Assembly: GCF_018350175.1 (NCBI RefSeq)
Contig: NC_058368.1
Span: 188,668,001-188,732,000 of the forward strand
DNA: 64,000 nt
From: Felis catus
Taxonomy: Eukaryota
Direction: 5' to 3'
The notes beneath the pieces were generated by a model that saw only the letters and a program-made list of their open reading frames with translations, was not told the origin of the DNA and made no database searches. Every line of letters begins with the position of its first letter. The stretch's first letter is position 1. Of this stretch, positions 1-10,940 are shown in pieces. A program made the position numbers and the translations under genes.

Positions 1-105
<105 letters not shown>

Positions 106-139
106 ACGTTTGCACTACTGAAGAGATGCTAATGTCTAA

Positions 140-2100
140 ACCGCCAGGAGGTTCTCTTCCCGCACCCTGGAGCCTCTTTTCGCTGCCGAGGGAGCGGGGG
201 CCCTTCGCAGATCAGACTCCAATCAAGCAGGTTGGAGGACTGTGGGAGAAGGGCTAAAGGTAGGGCATAGTCGCGCTTCAGGACAGTCTCGGATTAGGAG
301 ATCTTTTCCGGCGGGTCCCCAACTGTACTCTCCCAGCTCAAAATAATTTTAGTTTTTAGTTTTCTGTGGTCATGCCAAGGCTATATGGTCTTCCTCAATT
401 AAAGTGCATCCGCAGGTGTCCACATTTCTGCCCTCTGTTGGACTTCGCAGGCATCCCCCAAAACTTGTTCAGTCTATATCAATTAGACCACGCTGCACGC
501 GCCCGAAGCTCTGACACCTCAGCTAGGACCTGGAGTTGCGACTGACTGAAGGTCACACAGCAAATGTGGCAGATCCAGGGCTGGAGTTAGCGCCACCCTG
601 GCGTGCCCTGTCTAGGACTGCCGGAAGAGACGCGTGACGGTATCTGCCAGCGGGAATGCGCATCCAGTCCACGAATTAGAACTTTTCAGAACCGTTTTCC
701 CCTCCTATCTCCCTTCCGCTGCCTGCCCTGGGGCAACTTGCGCCCTTGCTCCTCTGTCATCCGGGATACCCAGGGGATCTGGGAGCTTTGTGGCAGAGGC
801 GTGGCGGGGGTCGGGGAGCCAGGGGAAGCACCAATGCAAATGTAAGGATAATGCGCCGCCGTTGGATGGATGGTTTGGATCCTAGGTTAAGGTCACAGAC
901 TGGGGAAATTTCTGCTCGGAGACTTTATTTGCAGTGAGGCGGTGGACAGGTTGTTTCATTTCAATCACAAGCCTTCAGTTTCCTCACCTGTAAATGGGGG
1001 CGATCTTACCTGCCTTCTTTGTCTTGTGGGAATTCAGTGAGTTTCTGCCCGTAAAGCCTTCAACAAATGGTGTCTATTATTATCTAGGGACCGCCCCAGG
1101 GGAAACCCGACAGTCCGCAGGGTGGATCCGGGAAAGGTTTGTTCGAACTCCTTGCCTCAAGCTTTTGTCCTAGGTGTCTGTGGGTGTCTTTGTCCCGTTC
1201 TAGGCCTCAGTTTCCCTGTCTGTACTATGAGGAGACGCGCGTTCCCAGGTACTGGAAAAGTTAGAGTCGGCAAGCACACCGGGCCACCGCTGCAACAACT
1301 TTGGGGATCTGAAAGAGGAATCTGGGTCCGAGGGAATGCCCCCTTCCCCTTGCCGCTTGCCAGAGACCGCTGAGAGCAAGGAGGTGGGACAGGCGGATTT
1401 CCGGTGGAAACGTGGCCTGCTGCTCTTATACGTACTCCGAGGGCAGCAGGTAAAGGTCTTGGGCAGCGTCAGGGTTTCGCGCGCGGGTGGCGGGGCCTTT
1501 CCCGCCGGCATCTGGGCTCAGCTCAGGAGCACCTCTCCCCTCCATGCTGCGTCCCGCTCTGGCTCTCATGTTCCTAGCGACCCGCGCCGCCACCCACTCC
1601 TCCTGTGGGCAGCGCTTTGGCACCTGCTCACTGCGGCCGCAACTGCAGACCGCCAGTGGACACCTTCAGAGCGGCCGTTGGCGGAGGGACTTTGAGCCTT
1701 TGGCCTTCATCGCCGCACTTTCCCTTTCCCTTCTTTCCAACACCGAAGGAGGCGTCTTTTCTCCTCTCTCACTCTAAGCGGTCTCTTACTAGCCGCCAAA
1801 AGAAGGGGGCATTTCCCAGGGCTGGCGGCCCTTCTGGGGGCGCGTCTTGCTAAGGGAGACGCAGATAGAAGGAATTTTCTAAGTGACAGGTCCCAAGTCT
1901 GGCCTCCTGGGGGCGGACGAGCAGAAAAGATTCCCTCTTTCCCCGGGACGTCCCGCTAGTCCCAGTTTGGCTGTATTTATCTCGTCTCTACTCTTTTTGG
2001 GTTAGAGAAGGGACGCGTGTGTTCTCACCTGCACCCCCTGGAAGTTATGGAGGCAACTCGTGTCCTTCGGGAAAGGGAATTGATTTCCCTCTGACTTAAC
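140..2100. promoter_or_regulatory. Upstream CpG-rich region, candidate distal (alpha-type) EBF1 promoter
   Basis: High CpG density. E-boxes CAGGTG 413-418 and CACCTG 1621-1626, 2026-2031. EBF-like CCCNNGGG sites at 725-734, 768-777, 1094-1103. CCAAT/ATGCAAAT at 831-841. Lies ~4-5 kb upstream of exon 1, similar to the spacing reported for the mouse alpha promoter. Confidence 0.6.
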
Positions 2101-4729
2101 AGGGTTGGGATAGCCGAGAGTGAGAAGGTTTCAAAGTTCGGGGTGGAATGGGGGGGTCTTGCTCACTGGGCCTGAGCTTCCTGCAGCGCTGGGAGACCCT
2201 GAGGCATGGGTAGCCCTGTCTACTGTTTACAGCCATCAAGGGGGAGGGAGTGGACGTTAACCCTCACTTAGGAAGAAACTCTGAGAAGCTCAGCGGGACA
2301 CTTCACTCCAGGGGAAATATCAAGCGTTTTCACCTGCTTCTTCCACATATAAGTCCATTTTGCTGTATATTTTTCTTATGCCCAGCTTTGCCCGCTCCTT
2401 GCTTTTTTCTTCTCTAATTCTGTAGGTCTGGACAGGGCCTGAAAATCCGCATTTCTACCTCCTCCCCCATATGATTAGACTGATGAGGGGGATTTAGGGA
2501 CTACTGTTATAAGCTAACCTAAAGTCATATCACATATATTCTATAACTCCTGGGCAATGCTATACACACAAGTATTTTTCTTCACAGAAGTGACTATAAT
2601 ATAAGAAAAGATGAAGTCAGTCTCAGTACATGCTTTATAGTACCCCTTCTCCACACACATGCTTGGTCTTCCGGAGGTGGTGCTTCCGTCACAGGAGGGA
2701 AGATTGACAAGCGTTCAAGGAATTTTTCAAAGTTTAAAATTACAATTGCTAGTTGAATATTCACCAGAGGAAATCCACGAAAACCTACTAGTCTGCTGGC
2801 CTGGTGTTGTTCCCAGTTTCCTATCCCCCTCTATATCTCTTTCTACCTTCTCTTTAACTTCCTTCCCACTTAATCATTTATTACTGGGCAAGAAAAGCCA
2901 GTTTAAAAGCACCAGAACACTCAGAAGAAATGCTATGAATACATTCTGCTTGATTAAAAGAAAGTCATTCGCCATCCCAGGTGAGGTATCTGCTGTTTCT
3001 GAACAGCCAAAAGGAATTAGTCTTATCAAAAGATTCTTGCCCTTTTTTTGTTTTACCTCTTCCTGTGGCCTGGCAGATGTGGAAATTGCCTCCTTCTTAT
3101 TTAGTTTCCAGAGGTTACCTACTCTGGGGCAGAAGTTGGGCTGCTGACATTTTCTTTCTCTGCGCCAATTTCTCTTTTGAAACAGGCACCTTCAGGCCCC
3201 TCAACAAACACATAATCTGCAGAGTGCTTCTAGATTCTGCTTGACCCCCTAGAAATCCATCTGTTGTGTGCCTCACACTGATCCTGGTCCTCATAGTGGC
3301 TGTATCTCTCCTTTTCCTGGCACTTTCGCTGCTTGCCTTTGGCAGCGATCTGATCCCTATTACATTGTGTGTTCCCCCTCACTGGGGAACGTACTTGACC
3401 AGACTCAACTTGGAGTCCTGAATACAGTTCACTGGAGAGTAAAAGTGGAGGTTCAGGCAATTAAGGAGAGGGAAGCTTGAGTCTTTAGCTCTGGCTATCT
3501 GGAACTCATTGATAGAAGGGTGGCCTCTGTTTCCTGGTTCCCCTTCCTTGAAGGATACCCTCAGAGAAGGCAGGGGATGGTCCAGGCAGGGGAAGGGATT
3601 GGCTCTGGGGGACTCATTGGACTTTGGAGGTTAAGCTTGGATCTTTGGGAAGTTTTCAGCAGGCCCAGTTTTAATTGTGCGTTTCAATTCTGTAGAGATG
3701 GAGAAAGTCCCCTCCTCCTTTCCCCTGCCCACAAAGTTACAACCCTTTCAGTCTCTCCACCAACATAACCATCCTGAACATGTGCTGTGTGTCAGGAACT
3801 CTGGTAGATGTTACGTAGATCCTGATGGACCAGACACATCTCTTCGGGAGTGTCTTGGTGGAGACTGAATTAATTATTAATTTTTGCCAGAGACAAAGTG
3901 CTCTCAGCACATTAGTGGTCCAGATTAAATGGTATGGGAGCAGGGCACGCTTTGTGCACAAAGATAAAGTAGTGTTTGAGGATAGAGGCCGTGTACTCAC
4001 AGACCTGAAACACAGTCCTTTTTTTCTGGTTTAGGAACTGGGAAGTGGTTTTCACTTTCCTGCTCTGCCAAGAGCACAAAGCGTAATTTTTGCCTGTCTC
4101 CATCCATTCAACATGGGCATGTGTACTGTTCCATCACTGACCCCATAAGCTTCCTAAATCAAAGGGCCAAGGAAGGCCAGCAGAAAGGGGACCTGGATTT
4201 CTGGCAGAGAACTCCCCCCAAGGAGTCCTTAGCAGATTTGGCTGCAGTCAGGGAGTTCCTCTGAGGGCAATGAAACAGAAGTTCACCATGTGCTTATTAG
4301 AGGTTACGACCTGCTAAAAAATGATGGGGCACATTACCCAGAAACTTCTAGCTATTTTCTTTGCCACTCACACGCATATATACAGAAAGGTCTGAGGTAG
4401 GAGACCATTTCTCCCTCCCTCTCTCTTAGCCTCCCCCCCCCCCCCAGTCCCCTCCTTTTTAACTCAATCTTTCACTTTCTGGACAACTGGCAGGGGCAGA
4501 AGTTGGGGTGGGTTTGTTCAAGTCCCCTGTTTAAACTGAAAGAATGAGGAAGACAGAAATCCTACATGAAATAACCAATCAATCAGAGACGTTGTTGCTC
4601 TGGTAAATACACTAAAGAAAAAAAAAATACTTTAGGGCGAGGGTAAGGGGTTGGGAAATGAATCTGAGTAAATTTTAGAATGCATCCTGATACAACTCTA
4701 GTGAGAGCATTCATTCCACCGTTTACACA

Positions 4730-5520
4730 TCCCGCGGATTACTCGACATAAGTGAGCTTATGGGGACGGTGCCTTAACACCCGCGGCCTCGAAGCTAGCA
4801 TCAGAAGGAGAAGCATTTCAGAGGCCAGACAACGGACAGAGTCCGGGTCCCCCTACTCCATGAGGGACCCACAGAGCCTCCCTAACCGAGACCCAGGGTC
4901 CACCCACTTCTCCCAGCGTGGAGAAAAGTGCCCTCCGCGATCTCCCGCCCCGACCTCGAGCACCCATTTTTCCACCCCACCACCCCCTCCTCAAAGCGAA
5001 GAGGTGGGCACCTGGGACGCGCTTCCTGCTTTTTCTGCCCGGGCTCTCCCGTCTCCTCCACTTTTGCCCCCGACGTCCCAGAACAGCGGAGCAGGACGCA
5101 GCATCGGCCCTGGGAGGGCGCAGCCTGTGAACCGCGAGCGCGCTCAGGGCGTGGCGAGGATGCTAAAAGGACCGCAACGACCAGGATGCAGACCCCAGTT
5201 CAAATCCCTGAGAAAAACATCGCCCTTCCCTTCCGTCTGTTTCCCCTCTCCAGCCCGGCTCTGCCCAGCTGTGCCCAGCTCCTTCCCAGCACAGACGCTG
5301 GTGCTCAGCGATCCTTCGCTCGCCACTTTGCGAGGAACTTTGGCTAGCTCCCCTGCGCCACCCGGAGAGGGATGTTAATGAGGGAGCGTGGCCCAGCGCG
5401 GCGAGCCAGAAGACTTCTTAAGCCGCGATTGGCTGCAGCTTGGCGGAAGGATGGCGTTATGCAAATGAAGGGGCGGGGCCGTGAGGCGCGAGCCCCGCCT
5501 CCTCCCTTTGGGGTTAGTGT
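4730..5520. promoter_or_regulatory. CpG island / proximal promoter module
   Basis: CpG-dense. ATTGG (reverse CCAAT) 5428-5432, GGCGGAAG (ETS) 5442-5449, ATGGCG (YY1 core) 5451-5456, ATGCAAAT octamer 5459-5466, GGGGCGGGGC GC box 5470-5479. Confidence 0.75.
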
Positions 5521-5929
5521 GCCTGTGTTTAGCTCTGGGGAGAGTCAAACTGGATTCCATAGGGAAAGCCTGCAAATCACTTCTATTTTAGCAAGGAGAA
5601 AACAGAATCTCCATCCAGCAGGGTCCACCCCTCTCTCTTTCTCCCTCTCCTCTCTCTCTTTCTCTTTCTCTCTCTGTCTTTCCCTCCCCCCCTTCCTCTT
5701 TCCCTCTCTCTCCCCCCTTCCCCCCACCCCACTCTCCCTCTCTGGTGTATCTGTCTACGGCAACCAGCGTCCTCATCTAAACGCACTGAAAGGAAAGAAA
5801 CATCTTTGGTTGGGAGAGAAGGAGGAAAAAAAAGAGAGAGAGAGGAAAAAACTTGCCTGGTTGTGGAAAATGACACTTGAAGTAGCAAAGCCGGCAGCGC
5901 GAGTTGAGTCTATTGTTTCTTAAATTGCC

Positions 5930-6037
5930 ATCAGGGCTTTTTTTTTCTTCCTGCTTCTTCAAGTGAAGGGTACCTCTACAAAAGGAAACTCCAGCCCCTC
6001 CTGTCCTCCACCGGCCTGTGATCATTACAAAAAAAAA

Positions 6038-6069
<32 letters not shown>

Positions 6070-6343
6070 AGAAAAAAAAAAGAAAAAAAAAAGCACCCAA
6101 ACCAAAAATTAACCAACCAAACAACCCCCAACAGCCAAGCATACATCTCTATTTTTTTTATTTTGGTCTTTTCGTTGGATTTTCCCTTCTTTTTTTTTTT
6201 TTCTCTCCTTTTTTTCGTGTTATCGCTCAGTTTTGAGCGAAGGTTTACATTTTTAAAAAATTTGCTTTCCAGCCCGCCTTGATCTTCTAGCGCGAGTTCA
6301 TCGTCTCAAAAAAAAAAAAAATCTCTGGCTGGCGTTTTTCTTT

Positions 6344-6374
<31 letters not shown>

Positions 6375-6422
6375 CAATATTTTCAAGGGGGAGGAGATTT
6401 TCCACAAGAAAAGGTTGTTTTC
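5930..6422 (+). other. EBF1: Probable EBF1 proximal 5' UTR with homopolymer A and T tracts
   Basis: ATG-free stretch directly upstream of the start codon. The exact transcription start cannot be determined from sequence. Confidence 0.6.
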
Positions 6423-6556
6423 ATGTTTGGGATTCAGGAAAGCATCCAACGGAGTGGAAGCAGCATGAAGGAAGAGCCGCTGGGCAGCGGCATGAACGCG
6501 GTGCGGACGTGGATGCAGGGCGCCGGGGTGCTGGACGCCAACACGGCGGCGCAGAG
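6423..6556 (+). CDS. EBF1: EBF1 coding exon 1 (aa 1-45, [45 protein letters not shown])
   Basis: Translation matches the mammalian EBF1 N-terminus as I know it. ATG at 6423; 134 nt; donor GAG|GTGGGT at 6556/6557 (phase 2). Confidence 0.97.
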
Positions 6557-6800
6557 GTGGGTACCGCTCGGGGACCGCGGCCGGGGAGGCGAGCCGCAAG
6601 CAGAAGAGCCGGGAGGCGGTGGCTGCGGCCGCCGCGGGGCCCGGCCGCGCTCTTGAGTCCGCCGCTCGGCTCGGCTCGCCTCCGGGGCTCCGCGCTCCCG
6701 GGCCGCGCTGCCTTGGTCGCCTGCGGCCGGAGAGCCGGGAGCTGCCTGCGAGAAGCCCACGCTTTGCCGGCACTTTTCCCTGCTTCGCCTGTGACTGTTT
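6470..6800. promoter_or_regulatory. CpG island over exon 1 / intron 1 junction
   Basis: Very high GC and CpG density. Confidence 0.8.
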
Positions 6801-6869
6801 TCATTTCGTTTTAAGCCAGAAGAGGCGTCTCATCAGCACGATGTTGGATATCTGTGTTTTTTTATGTGA

Positions 6870-7333
6870 TTGCTCTTTCTTTCCCGGCCGGTTGTCTCCT
6901 CTTTCTTTTTCTTTCTTTCTTCCTTCTTTTCTTTTCTCTTTCTTTTCTTTTCTTTCTCTTTTCTATCTTTTCTTTTTTTCCTGCCTTTTTTCTTTCTTTC
7001 TTCCCTCCTTTCTAAACTTTTTTCCTTCTCTTCTTTCTTTTCCTTCCTTCCTCTTTTTCTTAACTCCTTTTCCCCCTCCCTTCCCTTTTTCTTTTCTTCC
7101 TTCTTCACTTCTTTTCCTTTTTCCCTTTCCTTTCCCCCTTACCTCTCTTCCTTCTTTTCGTCTTCCCTTTCTTCATTCTTTCCTTCCTCTTCTTTCTTCA
7201 TTCCTCCCTCCTCTCTCCTCTTCTCATTCCCTTACCTCCCTTTCTCTCCTATTTTCTCTCTCCATGTATCCCCCAGAACCTTCTCTTAGTTCTCTGGTCT
7301 TGTTCTCTCTCCCTCTATCTTTCTGCTTTTCTC
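6870..7333. repeat. Long low-complexity polypyrimidine (CT-rich) tract in intron 1
   Basis: About 460 nt, almost entirely C/T on the + strand. Confidence 0.92.
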
Positions 7334-7789
7334 AGTCCACCGGTAGAACAGCAGCTCCCAACTTTGATTCTGACATTTCCTGAAAGTCTTCCCCACCCTC
7401 TGTCACCATGGCCCCTTCCAGCCCCTCTCCCGCTCTCAGCTCCTGGGATGCTAGACTGTGTGACTTGGAGGCACTTCCCTTGGAGATTGACCTGGGGGAA
7501 CTTTTCTGGGCACTCTTATCAACCTTTGCGAGGACGCCTGGTCCCAAGTGAGAAATGGCCTTTTTTCCCAGACCACCAGCTGGGCTTGGGGGAGTAGGAG
7601 ATTTGGCTGCCCCAGGCCCTGTCGGACTCCGAGAGGGCGGAAGGGGAAAAAGGAAGATGACTAATTACCTCATCCTCATCTTCACGGGGCAGGGGACAAG
7701 TGTCTGCAACACTGTTCCCATCCCCGTTGAGTACAAGGATGGGGGTGGTTAGCAGTGAGAGTGAGTTGGGTAACTGGGCTGGAAGCGAA

Positions 7790-7792
<3 letters not shown>

Positions 7793-7821
<29 letters not shown>
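7793..7821. repeat. (GT)n microsatellite
   Basis: Direct reading. Confidence 0.95.
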
Positions 7822-7823
<2 letters not shown>

Positions 7824-8627
7824 CGCGCCCTTGTGTTGGGCAGGCCGGGCTGTCAGTGGCCTCCCGCGCCCCTGGCACCCGAGCCTCCAGTCCCCCCGCG
7901 GGCGCGCTCAGCCGGCACCCCTGGTCCATAGGATTTCTGGAATGAGTGTGAGGGTTTTTGTGGAACAGCGAAACTTTGTCAGGACAGGTCTTTTAAACCA
8001 GCTCCCTGTTCCACAGCAACCACCCTTGACAGCTCTGAGTTGACCCCCTCAGATCCTTTTTCTCACATGCCTTATTTGGGGAGGGGGCGTGCGGTGTCCA
8101 GAGGCCGGGCGCCCGCGCCTGGCGGGGGCACGCGAGGTTTCCTGGAGGATGGCTGCGGCTTCATGAAACTGAGCCTGTTCCCCATCCATCCTCACCTGCC
8201 CTTGAGGCTGAGGCGGGAGATTCGTGGGGGTGGCGGGCACCAATTCCCATGCCTCCCTCTCTCCAAGTTGTAAACTACCAGCTGTGTTCCACGAACGCGG
8301 GTTCACTGCATCCACCTCCACTTTTCCTTCCCACGTAGCGCGCGTCAGGTCAGAGTAAAGGCTTGCAGGGTTTTATCTCCTGCGCAAAACCCTAACAAAA
8401 CTTTCATGGCTCTTCGGCGAGTTCGGGGGGCGCGCCGTGTGCTTGGCGGGAGGACTGGACACGCGAGAGCACGCATGTCCCGTCGCCGGGTGGGCCCCGG
8501 GCGCCGGAGGGGGCGTGTAGGGCGCCCACTAGGTGTTCTGGGGGTAGACGAGGTTGGTGCGTGAGGGCTCGCGCGTGTGTAAAGGGTGACAAAGGGTCGC
8601 GCGTCGGTGTCCCGCTTAGCCGTCTAA

Positions 8628-8966
<339 letters not shown>

Positions 8967-9342
8967 TGAGGTTCTGCTCCAAAAAGTTCGCGTGGAGCCC
9001 CAGAGCTGGAGAGAGGCGAGCCCGGCTTCGCACTCCAGAGTCGAGGGCGCCTGGGATGAACCCGCCCTCAATGGCGCGACCACGCGCGGCTCCTGCCTCT
9101 GCTGACCCAGGCCCGAGCCCCCAGGCCCCACGGAATTTTCTGGAAGGGAAGAGGGAGCAGTAAGGGTCGGGAGGGCGGCAGAGGGATCACAGTTGGCCGC
9201 AATTTCTGCTGCTCCTGGGCCTGTCCGGTTCCCCGGCCGGGGGTCCCTTCTTCGGGAAAGTTGCCTCGAAGTCGGTCCACTCGCTCACGCCGACCTCTCT
9301 CCTGCGTCTCTTGTTGTGTCTTTGCGTCTCGCTGAAACCCAG

Positions 9343-9406
9343 GAAGCCAACAGCGAAAAGACCAATAACGGGATTCACTACCGGCTCCAGCTCCTCTACA
9401 GCAATG
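9343..9406 (+). CDS. EBF1: EBF1 exon 3 (EANSEKTNNGIHYRLQLLYSN G)
   Basis: Acceptor cccAG|GAA; donor ATG|GTGAGG; 64 nt; in frame; COE motif NNGIHY. Confidence 0.97.
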
Positions 9407-10031
9407 GTGAGGCTCAGGTCGGGTCGGGTCGGCGCCGGCACCCTGGGGCTCTGGGTGAGGGCAGGGGACGCAGCCAGATCCAGGTGGACGAGAGCCCTGA
9501 GCACGCTCGGTTTTCCGCAGTCCTCGGGGTCACCAGGCCTCCCCTAAGTTTCACCTGAGGAGGTTTCACGCAAGCAGGCCCCGAGTAGCCGGAGGGCGGC
9601 CGTGGCGGGCTCGAGCACACCTGGGGCCAGGTGTGGAGCCCTGGCCCTCGCAGGGCCAATTCCTTTCTTCCTCCCATTCCTAAGGGAGGCTGAGCTCAGA
9701 CTCCAGGCCCTAAGTCCTTGGGCTCAGGGAGCTAGAGCAGTCGTGGCCTTGATGGCTCCCAGAGAGCGCGGCAGAGGGGCTCCCAACTAGAGAAGGGAGA
9801 GTAGCCAGGTGGGGGTCCCGCCCCATTCTCAGCTGCTGTGCATAGGGACTGGCCCCTCTCTGGACACTGGGGAAGATGGGGGTGTTGGTGTCCTGCCTGG
9901 GCTTCTCTGGGAGAGTAGGCGTTGCATACGCCTTGGAACCCCATTCTTTGTTGTTTGTTTGTTTATTTAGCGGCGGATCCTCTCTCACTTAATTTTCCTT
10001 CGTTCCCCACTCCCCTTCCCCTTTCCCCCAG

Positions 10032-10087
10032 GGATAAGGACGGAGCAGGATTTCTACGTGCGCCTCATTGACTCCATGACAAAACAA
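10032..10087 (+). CDS. EBF1: EBF1 exon 4 (G IRTEQDFYVRLIDSMTKQ)
   Basis: Long polypyrimidine tract ending cccAG|; donor CAA|GTAAGT; 56 nt; cumulative 411 nt = 137 codons. Confidence 0.97.
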
Positions 10088-10241
10088 GTAAGTTTCTTAA
10101 TTTCGCGCCGCGGGGTGACTCTAGCGCCTCTAAATTTGGGGAAGCCAAGAGGCTGGCTACTCCCTAGCACGGGGCCTGGAACTCGAACTCTCAACTCCAG
10201 GGCGGACCTCAGACCGCACTCTCAGCGCAGCCTTGCAAGTG

Positions 10242-10244
<3 letters not shown>

Positions 10245-10280
<36 letters not shown>
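10245..10280. repeat. (AC)n microsatellite
   Basis: Direct reading. Confidence 0.95.
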
Positions 10281-10282
<2 letters not shown>

Positions 10283-10901
10283 CTGCCGCGTGGGGAAGGT
10301 GGCTCGACGGCTCCTTCCCACCAAGGGAAACCCAGGCCTTCTGCGTTAACACTACAGGGTGCTGAGTGGGGAGAGTTAAGTGCTGAACTTCCTTTGACCC
10401 TGCGGAGGAACCCCAGGGGGCGCAAAAGGTGCCCTGGGACCTTGGTGTAGAGTGGGCTGAACTTGTGAGCTCCAAACCATCCGGGCCTCTCCAGGGAGGT
10501 ATAGAGTAGGGAAGTGCGTGAGGAGGGAGGGGGGCTAGGTAGCTTCCTTAGCAACGGTGAGGTGAGCTGAGAGCAGAGATGACCCACTCCACAGATTTCT
10601 TTCTTTCTTTCTTTCTTTTTTTTTTTCTTAAAAGGAGGTTGTGGCAGTAGTACTGTTGGAAGAGGGAGCAACAATTGTTACAGAGTGTTTTGTAAAAATC
10701 CTCCTGCTTTTGCCTCCGAGTTTGGCAAGAAGCCAGGCAGCGAGAGTGAGCTTGTGGTCTTAAAGGTATATAGACGGCATTTTCTGAAACTCCCCAACAC
10801 GCGGGTGTCAAGCAGTATACATTAAGGTTGAGTTATGGTTTAAAAGATACAATTATGAGCCGAGTCAGAAAAGAGGCCTGACGTTTTAATGAGGCACAGG
10901 A

Positions 10902-10940
<39 letters not shown>

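Noticed and set aside
4752..5923. 208-aa and 183-aa ORFs upstream of EBF1
   Set aside because: GC-rich/CT-repeat promoter sequence; no recognisable domain; overlapping ORFs in several frames.
6619..7383. 254-aa ORF (F/S/L/P-rich)
   Set aside because: Translation of the CpG island plus polypyrimidine tract; low complexity, stop-poor by composition.
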